From assembly GCA_000934665.2 (NCBI GenBank), contig JYFJ02001298.1, positions 1-64,000 on the forward strand: DNA of 64,000 nt, read 5' to 3'. The position numbers were made by a program, and so were the translations under genes. The notes beneath the pieces are model-generated. The model had not been told where the DNA came from. It searched no databases and worked only from the letters and a program-made list of their open reading frames with translations. This document shows positions 12,900 through 26,762 of this stretch, one piece after another. Positions within the stretch are counted from its first letter, which is position 1; every line of letters begins with the position of its first letter. Source of the stretch: Catajapyx aquilonaris. Lineage: Eukaryota.

Positions 12900-15205
12900 T
12901 CATCCAACAGGCTGAGCCTCTTTCTGCAACCACTGGAGACCCTCAGTGTGACCCCTCTCCTGCAAGTATCGGCCCACCTTCTCCAAGCACAGGCTGTGGT
13001 AGGTGTTCAAGTAGTCCATCTGCAATAATCGTAACCGATTAGTCTCATGCAACATATCCCCCCAAAAAATACATGAAGTCGAGTAATTCAAAATGCTGCA
13101 TGAGGAAATGTACGCACCTCTTGCTTGGTAAGCATTTCGGGTACAATCATCTTAAGCTGGATGGGCACAAGGGTGACGTGGTCAAAGGTGAGAAATTCCC
13201 TGTCCTTGTGGTTAAACTCGGTGTTGGCCTTGACCACACGGAGGATATTCTCCAGACGGATGCCAAACTCCCCATCTTCATAGTAGCCAGGCTCGTCCGA
13301 GAGAAACATCCCCTCTAAGAGCCCCGGGTCGTCCGGATATACTCTCCAAGAAATCCCCATTGGTCCTTCATGCACATTCAAGTAGCATCCGATCCCATGG
13401 CCTGTTCCATGGAGATAGTCCAGCCCAGCATCCCACAGAGCTTGGCGAGCCAGTACATCCAGGCAATTTCCCTGCAAGGATAAGTGGCCTCTGGTAATAA
13501 CTGCAGATACATCTTTTGCAAATCCACTCACCTTGATCTTGGCCGGAAAGATGGCAGTGGCCAGAGCAATCTGGCCCTTAAGCACCCTCGTGAAGCACTC
13601 CCTCTGGAAGCGTGTTGGTGTGCCAAAGTGAACTGTTCTGGTCACATCAGTGGTTCCCTCTCTGTACTGTCCGCCTGAGTCTAGCAAGTAGATCTCTGAG
13701 GCTGTGATGGACCGGTCTGACTGTTCCGAGGGACAGTAGTGGACCACTGCTCCGTGGGGACCTGATGCTGAAATAGTCTCAAAGCTAGGGCCTATGTACT
13801 CCTCTTGTTCTCGACGAAACCGCTCAAGTCGACGAGATGCTGACAATTCTGTGACTGCGCCCCCACGTGCAACCTCCTTTTCCAACCATGCAAAGAAGCA
13901 GCACAGGGCAGCCGCATCCTTCACATGGGCACGCAACATACCACGGACCTCGGTTGGATTCTTAACTGCCTTAGCCAGAGCCACAGGCGTGACTTCTGAT
14001 AGACGTCTTTCAGTTGGAACAAGGTTATGAAGAGCATATGAGGCTTTGTTGCTTAGCCATATCCAGCCCTCTGGACACAGGTTTGCCAGCCGTGCCACAA
14101 AGCTTTGTATCTCTTCGTATGGATGTAGCGTCAGAGGCATGCTCTCTCCAGTCCCACCACATCCGCACCCTCCATCTCGGGTTGGACCCAACAGGTGGAG
14201 TCTGACTGTCGGCGTAAGCTTTGCTTCATCCACAAAGAGGTGGACAGAGTCCAATCTGAGGACCAGGTAGGAGAAAAATACGGGATTGTACGGGATGTCA
14301 GACCCACGCAGATTAATCAGCCAGGCAACTTCATCCAGCGCAGAGAGGACCAAGCAAGATGCTCCACGTTCACGCATGACCACACGCATTTCCTTTACCT
14401 TCTGCTGCCAGGATTTGCCTGAGGAGGAAAAATATTAATCAACTCTCCAAATCCTGCAACTAACATATAAAACATGCCGTAAAAACAATTCCTTGGTAGT
14501 AAGGACAGGGCAAAAATTCTTGGAATTGCACCAAGTTCAAAAATGATTGCAGTTTTAAAGGCTGACCTGTAAATTCAATATCAAGATGCTCAATCACCCC
14601 CAGCGGTGGGTTGGGTTTTTCATTGGCCCACACCAGGTCAACCAGGTTAATAGGTACTGGAACAAGTCGATGGCCTGCTGCGGAAAGTTGCTTCGCTAAT
14701 GGTTGCCAGGCATCGTGTGCCATCACCATGGGATCGACTCCAACTCTCGATCCTGCAGGGAGGGTCTTGGCTAGCCAGGCTCCCTCTGTTGGGGTGCTCG
14801 GAAGACCTAGTGAACAAATACCAGTTCTAAGTTTCTCACAAGTTCATCAGCTTGTCGTCATGAAGTAATATGTTCTGATGACATAAAACACTCACCCTGC
14901 TGCATAAGAGTCCAGTTTATATCCATCTCTTGCTGTGCCTGCAGAAAGTATCTCCCATCCGTCCACATGCATGCATGGTTCTCCGTAATCACAGCTGTCC
15001 CCGCGGATCCAGCAAACCCAGAGAGGAAGGCTCTCCTCTGGTCACACTCTGCAATGTACTCGCTCTGATGGGCATCACCAGATGGGATGATGTACGCCTG
15101 GACACCTTCTAAATCGCCCACACCTGTGCTGGAAGCTCCTCCACCCCGCATCAGGGATCGGAGCTTCCGCAGGAGGTGGGTTGTGTTCTTCGCACCCCCC
15201 GTCAT
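12900..15205 (-). CDS. XPNPEP1: Xaa-Pro aminopeptidase 1 (cytosolic aminopeptidase P, M24B). Exons 15205-14896, 14806-14567, 14418-13532, 13471-13118, 13019-12900
   Basis: Motifs include [49 protein letters not shown] and [16 protein letters not shown]. Splice sites are consistent. Confidence 0.95.
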
Positions 15206-16254
15206 AATTCACTCGGACTATCTGGAAAGAGAAGGTTAATTTGAGTAACAATTAAATGCAATGTTTTTGTCAAAATGTCTAACCCCTTGAATATTCCATG
15301 AACCAATTAATTGCAAACTTTTCAAACCCGATTAATTCGCCTACATCAGTACTCTCCTTTGGAAGGCTTGCCCCTCTCTGTGTAATAGTAGAGTTAGTTC
15401 CTACCACCCCGAGCATATATATATATTTTCGGCCACAATGGCACTTGCGTCAGTACACCTCAGCACTTCTATGTCAACAGACAGTGTTAGCAGTTCCTTA
15501 CTTTCTAATAGGTGATAATTGGGGGTGCATTTCTGTGACGAAGGCTGGGTTGCAACAATGAAAGAGTATGCAGATTTTTGCTCGGTATGCATTGCCGTCA
15601 ATCGCTAATTTTTTTGTTACCAACAACTATTGTACGGAAAACGAGAGAACGATCTGACGTCATCGTTTCTTCCATTGTTGCTTTTTTGTTGAGACTGTTT
15701 ACTCATATTGTTCTGCGAGGGTATTTCCATGGACACCTTGATGGCGTCAGATCGTTGTTTAGTTTTCCACGCTGTAGAGGACGTGGTCGGAATTCTACCT
15801 TTAGTGGGTGCAACCTGGCCGAATTGGTAATTAGTACGGCCACTCACTCTGCACAAACATTTCAAGATCAGAACACATTCCAAAGGTGTTTTTGATGTTG
15901 ACTCAACAATTAATCACAAGACCGTCTCCTGATAACAAAAGGTTAGACATGTGACTCATGTGAGCACCTGACTCGCAAAAGCAGACAAATATATTTTTAA
16001 AAGAAAATTAGATGAAGGTGGCAATGGATTATTCGGGACACTCTCTACATGATGCCTCATTTCTCTTTTCTAAAACATGTCAAATGCAGCTTGTATTGCA
16101 GGAAGAAAACATGACTTTTTTTTTTTTTCAAAACCTGACAAATCCAATGTGAAAACACGTAAATTTTTTTCCCAAAACCGGACAAATCCATGAGCTACTC
16201 GACAAGATTAGTCAACAAATCCTGCGTTGTAGCCCTGGAGGATTATTTGCTGGC

Positions 16255-16411
16255 ATTTCGTAAGACTTCTGCGTGGCCTGACCAGTCACCGGAAGATTCA
16301 TTGTAATGGTCATATGAGACGGCTAGGTACAATCTAGTCGTCGCTGGCTACCTCATGTCTGGGATTAAGCCGTGATGTATGTATGTATGTATGTATGTAT
16401 TTCGTAAGACT
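16255..16411 (+). mobile_element. 5'-truncated non-LTR retroelement (LINE/SINE 3' end) with a (TGTA)n tail and a 13-bp target-site duplication
   Basis: ATTTCGTAAGACT occurs at 16255-16267 and again at 16399-16411, flanking about 130 bp that ends in GATGTATGTATGTATGTATGT. Confidence 0.7.
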
Positions 16412-19295
16412 ACAAAATGATTGTAACTTGTTTTTGTAGAGTAAAAATATATTTGTGATCTTGACATGCATTGCAACTTGATTTATTACACAATGAAAAT
16501 ATTTTTGACATCACAGAATGTTTTAAGTTCCTTACAAAACCCGACAAATCCGCTCTCTTCGCAGAAAAATCGGGTAAAGTCGCTTTCAAGACGAGGTGTT
16601 TCCACATGGGTTACATTTCAAACAAAGCAAGCAACTGATGCAGCATCAAAAGTTGTAACATATGCCTTTGTGTTCATATACGATTACTCCGTTGACCTCC
16701 GTACTATATGTTGGACAACCATTGTACTGTACTCTACAATGCGTTTGTCCAAAACTATGGAAACTGTGATTCCCCCGTACTGCATGTCTGTCGTACCCAT
16801 ACCTTTTCCCTGCTGCTGCACCCCCCTTTATCTCACCCTAAGGAGTAAAGATGGAGGTAGATAAACACCGCCCTTCTTCTTCTTCTTGTTCTTTTTTTCC
16901 CCTTCCTAGTCCTTTTGTCCAACAAAATGTGAGTGTGTCGTCCTGTCACCAGCCGATACGTGCTCCTGTGTGTGCCGCACAACAAGCGGCGGCGGCGGCG
17001 GCGGGGGAAGGAAAAGAAAGGAACGGCCGGAGAATGACAGCCAAAAAAGAGCTCGGGGCAATCTCCTCTCGGGTCTTTCCGAAGCTCTCAACAACAACAC
17101 GCAGGCTCGGCCATTCGGAAGGCGGCCAGTGGTGCCAACCCCAAACACCCTCGGACCATCGGCAAAAAGGGGATGGCTCGCCTGGCAAATGGAACGCTAA
17201 TTACTTATCTAGTTATAATAAATTAACATGTTTGGAAATTGTGATTTGCTTATTGCATTAATTGGTGTGATGAGGAAAGGGTAGCCAATTCATTTTGGCG
17301 GGTTACTTGAATTGCTGCAGTAGTCTGCAGAAAATCAATTTTTTTTAAATACAGTATTATTATATAAAAAGTAGCGTGTATTATCTGGAAAAATAACTGC
17401 AAGAGCTTATTCCGATTACGCGTGGGATTCATATCATAGACTCTTATACTGTGGCCGTTGCAAAACTTCCGGATTGTGTGAGGTAAATTATTGGAAATTT
17501 TAGCAACATATCAATCATGGCCAATTGGTGCTTCCCACGTTCCCCCACTTCCTCGGAGCCTGTGAAACCATCTAGGTTAACATGGAATGTGCTAAAATTT
17601 AGCATAATTGTAACACTACATAACTGATTTGTAATAGTGTTGCCTTATGCCCCTATATATGGGAATGTGCGATTTTGACTATATCATATTGTTGCGCTTT
17701 ATTTTAGTTTCGTGGCCGTCAGCATCATAATGTTGTGGGAATATTCAACAAGGAAATAAATCGGTGAAAGAACTCTCAGCTTGGGGGGGTATTGTAAACA
17801 CTACAATTTTTGGTTATGCAATTCACGCACATGCAGCAGTGTACCTTCATACAGTATGTATAGTACGTGATTTTGAGAAGAGACCGTCACGCGAAAACAC
17901 AGGTGAGTACAGCAGTGAATTTACTATTGCCATGAATTTTCAATTGAGATTTAAACATATTGTGACATTATTATTATTATTGAAGTGAGTAGTGAGGCTA
18001 CGTCATTACTGATAAACTTTAGAGTGCAATTCAGACACATTATTTTTTTTAAATTAGTGTAGCCCCATATATGAGATGGGCCAACAAGTATACATACCGC
18101 CAAAATCAAGAGCCTATAAAAATGAATAATTTTGCTACACCATGCAACAGTTTTGTATACACAAGTACTGACCCAGGCGTCAATAAACAAAGCCCATTTC
18201 CAGATCGATGTATCGAATGAAGTAAGTGTATGAAGGAATGACGTAGTCTTTAAAAGTATACTCGAGTATACTTAATGTTATGCACCGAGACGTCCCTGTC
18301 AATCAAACCCCCAATGAGTAAACCTGCCTGGGAATCTCATCCCCGTCGACATAAGAAATCTAACCCACACTCAAGGGACTACACAAAAGAAAAGTCCATG
18401 GAAAAGAAGGGGATAAGGGAAAAAAAAGAAAGAGCCTGAGAGCCTACTCACGAAACCCTTCTGTAATACTATATCATTCGAGAAAACGTCATCCCTGAAA
18501 GCCTTCAGGAAAAACTTCAACATTCACTTCCCATTACACAACATGAGTAACCCGCACGGAATCAGTGATTAAGGCCGAAAAGAAAAGAACTCCGGCGGCT
18601 CAATACAGGGTGGTACACTGCCAATGATCGATTAAATTCTATTTACACAAGTAAGTAATCAGAGCAGCAATACTTTAAATTAGAAGCATTTACCACATTA
18701 AAAAAATGATGAAATAAACTGCGTAGCTGCCTGCATACTGTGGACTTGAGAAGTGAACCACCCTGTAAGCTCGAAATGTCACCAGATGAACCTATCGAAT
18801 ACCAATCAGATGTGGGAGATACATTACATAATGTTTCCATGGATCGTAACCTGAACAAACTTGACCCAGCTCATTAGCCTTGTCCTATGTTTACTTATGG
18901 GTAACACCGACCTTTCCATAAACTCTGAGGGTTGGAAGGGTGAGGGGGTGGTGGGGAGGCCATATATATATAAGTATATATAGGTTCGATTGGCGCCAAT
19001 AGAGCACGTGCGAGGACTCATCCTGCTATGAGGCAGCAGCTGAGTCAGGTCAAAGGGCGAGGCCGGTGACGCTCTTATAGTTATTGGTTATTTTGGCCGA
19101 CAAGAGTGGGGCTGCTGATGGATTGAATTGGTGCTGAGACGACCGAATAACAAGTTGGTGCTACACCGCCTCCCACCCAAAGAAAAGAAGAAGGAAAAAA
19201 AAAAACGGATCCAGCAGGAAAACTTCCACAAAAGACACGACAGCAGTGAGTGAGCTACCCCGAAAGGAGACGAAGGTCAAGGGGGGGAAAAAAAG

Positions 19296-22014
19296 ATGCA
19301 GGCGTTTCCAGTCCACGAACTGGTTTCCATGGGTGCTGCCTGGATTCTCGTGACTATCCTGCACGTGTATTACACGCGACTGTGGGCCAAGAAGTCGGCT
19401 CTGGACACTTCCAAAGGAGGATCGGGATGCTGGTGGTCCAGCTGCAGGGCTCTCCTCAACGTCACCACTGGCTTTGTCTCAGCCATATCTCTATTAGGTA
19501 AGGCAGTCCTTATTAATATTTTGCCTTCTGAACCTCGGGGCAGTTCAACACACACTGTATCCGTCCATCAGAATTAAAAGGCTAAAGGAAAAAAAAAAAA
19601 ACACCTGCAGTGCAATGAATTCACAGCACGGGGTGGGTCTCACAGCATGGTTAATTTGCAATCTGTCCATCTCCCTGCGAATAAGAACTTGGGGCATTAT
19701 TGCTCAAAGGCCACCTTCTTGATCCCTCAATAATGGATTACGTAACCAAATGCATGTTGATACTTTGTAGCTTTCATGTAGCCTACTTTTTATGTTTTAT
19801 GTTTTAAAACATGTCGACATAGTTCAGTACATCATGTAAAGTGTAACAGATAGTGATATGCAAATGATGCTGTTGATGACTCGTAATGATTAAATTTTCA
19901 TTGCCTATAGGGTTCCCTGGAGAGATTTTTTCTTACGGAACCATCTTAACCGAAGTGGCAGCAGCCGTTTGGGTTTTTGTACCTCTATCCGCTCTTCTGT
20001 TTTTCCCTACATTCTGCAGACTGGAGTTGACCACATTGTTTCAAGTGAGTTGACCAAAATTTTTAATAATTAAAACGTGAATGTGCCTGGTAGTCGCAGC
20101 AATTAAGCAGAAATGTAATTATGAATTTATAAAATTAATCAATATGTAATATCAAGATGAATGTCCGGAGCCATTTCGGACTGGCTGTTTAAAAGTGCAG
20201 CAAACCCAGCTTATTGGTATATGAATCGATTTCATCAGTACGTAGAGATGAGATTTGGGTCCAGATGGCTGCGTCGTGTTTCGGCCACCATCTATCTCCT
20301 GGAAGCACTTCTGCTTCAAGCTGTAGGCGTCTGTGGGGCATCTGTCGCCCTGTCCACTGCCTCCGGACAACCTTTCTACGTGGGAGTTCTGGTGGTCACC
20401 GCCTCTGCTCTATCCTACACAGCATTGGTAATACGATTTTTAAAAAATCAATAAGCTTGGGAAAGTTAACCTGCTTTGCTTTATTTTCCAGGGTGAAGCC
20501 AGACAAGGAGGCTGGTGGGTAGATGCTCTTCAAACGTCTTTGCTCCTTGCTTTTTTGCTGTCCTCAGGAGTACTTGGTGTTTTTGGCTCAGGTGGAATTC
20601 GACCAATCATGTTGCTGGCAGCGTCCCGAAATAGCATTAGATTTTTGGAGTAAGTGCGTGGCTCGTCACTGTCTGCGGAATATCTAATGAACTTATATCA
20701 AACTGCAGCCTTCGACTGAGCCCATTCGTAAGAAGGACCAGCCTCAACATTTTCCTGGGACAAGGCTTCATGTGGGCCAGCATATTTATTTGCCAGCCAC
20801 CCCATGTGATGCGGTACATGGCATTTCGCAAGCCATCCATTGCATTCTGGTCAGTATATACGAGTAATTAATTAATAGCAATTAATAGAGATTTTTTTTG
20901 TATATAGGAATCTGCTGGCAAGCTCTGTTCTGGTTGGAGGCGTGATTGCCATTTCGTGCACAATGGGACTGGTGCTGTTTGGTATCTTCGGGACATGTGA
21001 CCCTCTGACCCTTGGCCTGATTGAGCGAGCAGACCAGCTTCTGCTTTTGTTCACTCAGCTCAGGCTGGACTCTGCGGGTGTCTTCGGTGTTGTTGGGGTT
21101 GTGGTGGCGCTTTTGGTTCGAGGAGCATGCACCATCACCTCAGTTGGCTCTCATGGCCTCATGAAGGTCATTTTAGCCGACATACTCCTGCTGACCCCTT
21201 CCGAAATGACCAAGTGGACTAAGGTCCGGTTGCCTCTGACTGTACTGATAGCCACGGTCATCTGCTGCTTGACCTTCGTGGTGTCACCGATGGGCACATT
21301 TGTGGCCGAGCTTTTTGCCATCACAGGAACATTTGGAGGTCCACTTCTGGGCGTGTTTCTGCTGGCTCTTCTCTTCCCGTGTGCTAACACTAAGGGAACC
21401 ATGGTTGGCCTCCTCACAGGTTTCGCAGTCAATCTGTGGATAACTGGAGGTGCTTACGTGAGAGGGGTCAAATACACCAGGGTTCCTACCACCACCGAAA
21501 CGTGCGGGTCACTTCTGGCTGATACACGCTACGGAATTGAAAACATCACCGATGACTCAAACACCACTTTCATTACCGTGTCTCCTTTCCTAAGCCCCAG
21601 GCCCTACCTAATTCTTTCACCAGACCAAACTGAATACATAACGTAAGCACAATAATGGCTTGATCACAAATGTAAATGCAACTCACAAGCTGTATATTAC
21701 TTACAGGGACTTTCCAGACAAGATGTACACTCTGTCATACGCACTCTATGCTCTGGTGGGATGCCTGGTGGTTGTTGGAGTTGGATTGTTGCTCAGCTTG
21801 CTGACAGGTGAGTTTGACAACAATCCAATTGGACTGTTTTTTGGGGACATTTCTTGGTATCTTTGTAGGTCCTGATGTCCTTGGTCCGACTGAAGAATCC
21901 TGCCTGCATCCTTGGGTCCTTCAGTTGAGGCGAAAAATGAGTGGGTGCAAGTGGCCTCCTTGCCTGCGCTTCAGGCGGAGAGGACGCTTAAACATCACAA
22001 AGATTCCAGCTTAA
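19296..22014 (+). CDS. Divergent sodium:solute symporter (SLC5, SMCT/SMVT-like). Exons about 19296-19497, 19911-20044, 20239-20427, 20492-20649, 20709-20849, 20908-21642, 21707-21807, 21869-22014
   Basis: Family-type segments are SAISLLG|FPGEIFSYG, FQ|YVEMRFG, VDALQ, CDPL..GLI..ADQLL, GGPLLGVFLLALLFP.AN.KG and YTLSYALY. Many TM helices; all junctions GT-AG and in phase. Confidence 0.85.
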
Positions 22015-23271
22015 GACTCATCTCTCATCCCAACAGTATTACAAAGAAGTACCTTACTGGCACTGGTATTATGTTTTGAAATAAAAATAAAAGCATAATT
22101 TTATGTGCATGGAAAATGCCTTTTACCAAGGATGGGACGAATGACAAAATTTGCCCAAAACTCCTAATAACATTTGCCTTAAAAGTGAGCTTGTGACGTG
22201 TTACATGATTTCTTTGTTTCATGGTGTTAATTTATTTTTGACAGGTGTCCTAAACTTACCAAGTATTTATTTATTTATTTTCTTGTACCTTAAATAGCTT
22301 TTGAATTACAACATAAGTTATATACTTGATGATAATAATGACCGCATTGTTGATTTGTTTTTGCAAGACCTCTTACCATTTCATTGACTGGAGTGGAATT
22401 AGCTGGAATAAATTATTATGGAAATACAGTTTAAGATTGATCACAAAAATAATTTGCAGCAATCCGGCATATGTCAAATCACTACCAACCTAGTTGCCCA
22501 CTCGGAGAGAAAGGTTTTTCATAAACATTTTAACCGATTGTGTACATCAAATTGCATGCAGCAAACTAATGTTGCAGGCAGTATTGTGGATGGATGGACT
22601 GGAATTCAAATAGGATTTCCAATCTGTTTCTTCTTTCTTTATTTGGGCTCATTCCAAACAGAAATCCAATGGATATGTATAATGCAAGTACGGTACAACC
22701 AATAGCTATACACATGTTAACATTAGTTTCGGCTTTGAATCACATAGACGTTATTTACATTGACAGATTATGATGACAATTTCTTTAATTTTCTTGAATA
22801 CTTCAGTATTGTGCACCTGGAAATTACCGGATTTACAGTAGCACTTTTAATGCCCTAATAATATCTATGCAGAGTTAATCAAGTATTGTCGATTCATTAA
22901 TCTTCGAACGGTAACTCGGACAAATACATGCTTCACTACTAACTATAAGTGGTGCTTCAACTGTGATGTAAAGTATAATAATAATAAATCTGCTAGATGC
23001 CAAAGTAACAATATTTGAAGCTACCAGACATGAGGCAAGTGAGAGACACTTGCTGTAAGATTTCGAAGATAAAGTGAAAATAGTGTATATCACAGTAAGG
23101 CACTGATCGAGCCATGGACGAGTACTGGTGATGAGAACGTGTGTTGAGCTATTAATATATGTTGTACTGTATATTCTACCAGGGATTATCCACCGGTGCC
23201 AGGTGCACGTTGCGTTCGCTGTAAAAAAATAATCAGCCATTAATAATTATTGCAGCTATAAATAATGCGTA

Positions 23272-26200
23272 TTAAGTATAGTCGACTGACCGAACAAACT
23301 GCGTGCCGAAGTTGGTCTTTTCCAGGAAAGGATTGTTGGACGGCTGCATTAGCGCCCCTTTTCCTCCATCTCCGTTCATGTCGTTTTCCTTATTCTGCAT
23401 TCCTGGCTTCTTATCTCCCATACGGTACTTGTACAGGCAGTACTCCACGACCAGGGTGACGATCCCTATCCCGATCCCGAAGAAGATCATCATGAACACG
23501 CCTCCAATATTGGGCAGGCTGATACCATCGGACAGGTTGGGATCCCTGGGACACTTCTTCCTGTTCTTGTTCTTGGTCCACCACCACTTCTTCAGGTAGT
23601 CGAAGTGTTTGCTCTTATGCATCTGCACGATACTGAAACGCAGGAAGTAACCATTGGTCAGTAGAAAATGTGTATGTTCAGCAGGTATGTGTCTTTAAGT
23701 GTACTTACGCGTCTGAGAGGATTCCCTTCAAAGGCGAACCCTTCTGCACTGCCAGAGCATAAGGTCTCATCGAAAACCCACCTCCAACTCTCATCAGATC
23801 GCAATTGGTGAGAGTGGCATAGTCGATCACTGTTTCTTCGTCTACACACAAAAAAAAAATTATGTATGGGTCAGCTCAGCTAGATTCATACAAGTCAGCA
23901 ATAAACACATACCAAGCAGAGCAAATCCTTCGCCGTGCAGTGTCGAGTTTCGGATCTTCTCAATGGCAGTGTCGTAGTCTGGTTGCAGCTTGGTCTCCTT
24001 CATGGCCTGCCACATCTTTGTGTACCGATCGCTGATGGGGTAGTCCCAGACGGCCAGCTTGGACCGCTCTACTTCACCCAGGCTGTCGTTCAGGCTCATG
24101 TCCTTCCATATCCTGCACAAAGTAGTTTTGTCAACCAGATCTTCAAGTTATAAAAGGACCTGTACGTACTCATAGAAGCTGTTCTCGATGTCGGCCATCC
24201 TCTCGAAGTACTTGTGGCCGACTGTCTCCAGGATGGGAGAGTACTGAGTCTTGTACTGTCGGCTCAGGTCCTCCAGGTTCTCGATCGGATGTTCCAAACG
24301 GGACACTGTCAGAAAGGCGGCCAGGTTGGCTGTGTATGAGGCGATGATGATGAATCCGAAGAGCCACCAGGTTGCGGCCACCAGTCTTCCGGAGAGATTC
24401 TTTGGGGCTTCTCCTCCTCCTTGAGGGGTCAGAGAGGTCATGCAGAACCACAGGCACTCCTTCAGGTCGAAGATTCGCTTCTCGTCGTCATCGTGGAACT
24501 TGTCGATGTTGTTCTGGTAGCTGTATGGGCTCCATCGGTCGAACACCCAGAGAAGGACGCTGGTGAAGAAGTAGGCCCCAACAATGCAGAACCACACGTC
24601 CGTCTCCAGCACGGTCAAGAACTTGAAGAGTGTGGTGATCGGAGGGATCCTCTTCATCAGGATGGTGATCCCAACCAGGCCGTAGTAAGGCTCGGTGAAG
24701 TCGATGGCCTGTTCCCGCTCGGCCATGACGGACATGGCTCCCAAAGCAATGTCTGCCTCCAGGTCCAGAAGAGCCTTCACCATACCGGACCACTCCTTCG
24801 TCTCCTTGTTCTTGAAGCCGTAGTTGTCCACTTCCTTCGTGATCTCATAGTCGAAGCCAGGGACCAGCCGTTTGATCTGATCCATCATGTCGATGCAGTA
24901 TCCGGAGAAATCGCCTCTCCAGTTCTTCTGGACGAATGGAGGTTGCTGGAATGGGAAGGCATTGTATCAATAGATAGGTTGCCATATTCGGTCTCCCAAT
25001 ATGAAAGTCTTTCCGAATAAAAGTAGACCTCCCGATCTTACCACCACAACGACGACTTTGTACTTGGTTGTCTGCGTGTTGTGCATGTTTCCGATGCCTC
25101 CGGACAGAACGAGCTTCTCAGGTACGATCCAGGAGCCGATGTCCGAGGTCGACCCTGTACCTCCGGCGTAAGATAGAGACCTCAGTTTGATGGAGAATTC
25201 CATCCAGCTTTTTCCGTTCGTGTCCAACTTCAACTGGGAGATCAGAGGCGTCTCCGAACTCTACAGATAGAGACTAATTTTATTGCAATTCTGTTGTATC
25301 AGACCATGATCCACAACGAACCGTTTTGAGACTCCATCGCAGCTGCACATCAGGCTCGAACACGTGGGAGTCCTCCTTGTACTGCGCAATGGTGCTGTAG
25401 TTGCGAGCAGGCCACTTGTTCCTCTTCATCAGGTTGCTGAAATTATTATTTCAATTATTAATAGGCATTGTTGTGGTATCGAACAGACTTACTTGACAGT
25501 CCGCAGCGTTTGGACAGCTAGCTCGAAGTAGAATGCATATTCCACCTGAGGCGCCTCGCTCAATCCGAAATCTGCTGGGGTTTGACCCTTGACCACAGTG
25601 CTCATGTCAGGGAACAGCTGAATGATGGTGGCCCCATCGCAATCACAAACAGGGATGAACTCCTCAGTTCCGATGATGAACCACCGGTACATCCTTGGGT
25701 TGAACAGCTCCAACACCCTCGCCCGATCGAACACCTGCTCGATGGTTTCCTTCGTTCCAATCACAAATAGATTGCGATAGTTGTCCTTCTGGAAATCCCT
25801 CAGGTTCGTGTCCAGCTCATCCTTGGTCTCGGAGTTGTACTCGTATATCTTGAACCTGGCGTTGGTGTTGCGGAACAAATCCTTCTTGCGATGTCTCATT
25901 CCTAGAAATAAAGTACAAGGTGTTACATCGATCTATACTAACTGATGTATATGGTATACTAACGGATGGAGTTGTCGTACACAACTCCGACGTCAGTCAA
26001 GTTTGCTTCTCGAACAAGTGACCTCATGGCCTCAGGGATGTATTGCCCTGGTGGGCTGACCTGTACCAGATACTCTTCGGCCTTCAGACTAAGGTATCCC
26101 CATGCACTGAGCTCTCCGTACGAACCAGTCACGGTTGGAATGGCAAGTGTGTGGGTGATGCCTTTCGTCGCCTGCGACGCCAACCCGGTCATTGTCATGT

Positions 26201-26762
26201 CCAGCACAATATTAGGCTGGGCCTCTGCTTTGACCGCGCTGTCAATCTTCACGCACACTGTTTTGAGAAGTCTTATAAGCAACCATGCCATTAGTTGGTG
26301 CACAGTACTTGTTACACTTACGGTCTTCCACCATGGTTGAAGGCGACATGCTGACGTCTGCATACACCTTTTGCACCTCTCCTATCTCTCCTTCATCTGG
26401 GTGACTTTTGAAATACTCGACAGCAGCGTCGATGGCCTTCTCTGGGACTGGGGTGTCGCTTTCTCCCAGATACACTGTCAGAAATTATAGTTTCTTACAA
26501 AAAAATGCCAGGCACAACACCTGAGCATATAATAGGTCGCTTTCTTATAAATAATTGAGTGCTCCAGATGCGATAACATAAGGTCCGTTCTGCCATGTTT
26601 CAGCATCAAAAAATCAATTTTTCTAACTACGTAAAGTGCACGAAAGATGTCAATTTGATAAAAAAAGAGGTATTGCTTACGGATGTTGACGGCTCCATCT
26701 GACTTCCTGAGGATCAAAGTGGCCCCCAAGAGGCCCAGTAATAGAGCTGTGCAAGAGCCCAT
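23272..26762 (-). CDS. Divergent IR25a paralogue (ionotropic co-receptor with ATD). 10 exons: 26762-26681, 26474-26322, 26257-25964, 25901-25493, 25436-25322, 25260-25042, 24945-24170, 24112-23913, 23841-23709, 23632-23272
   Basis: It has a signal peptide and ATD. IR25a-type segments are WSPYSYQNN, WFCMTSLTPQGGGEAPKNLSGRLVAATWW, SYTANLAAFLT and the extra loop WKDMSLNDSL...LAVWDYPISD. Confidence 0.88.

Noticed and set aside
23272..26762. Calling the second receptor IR8a
   Set aside because: The extra-loop and M1-M3 sequences closely match the neighbouring IR25a, so a lineage-specific IR25a duplicate is more likely. A phylogeny is needed to be sure.
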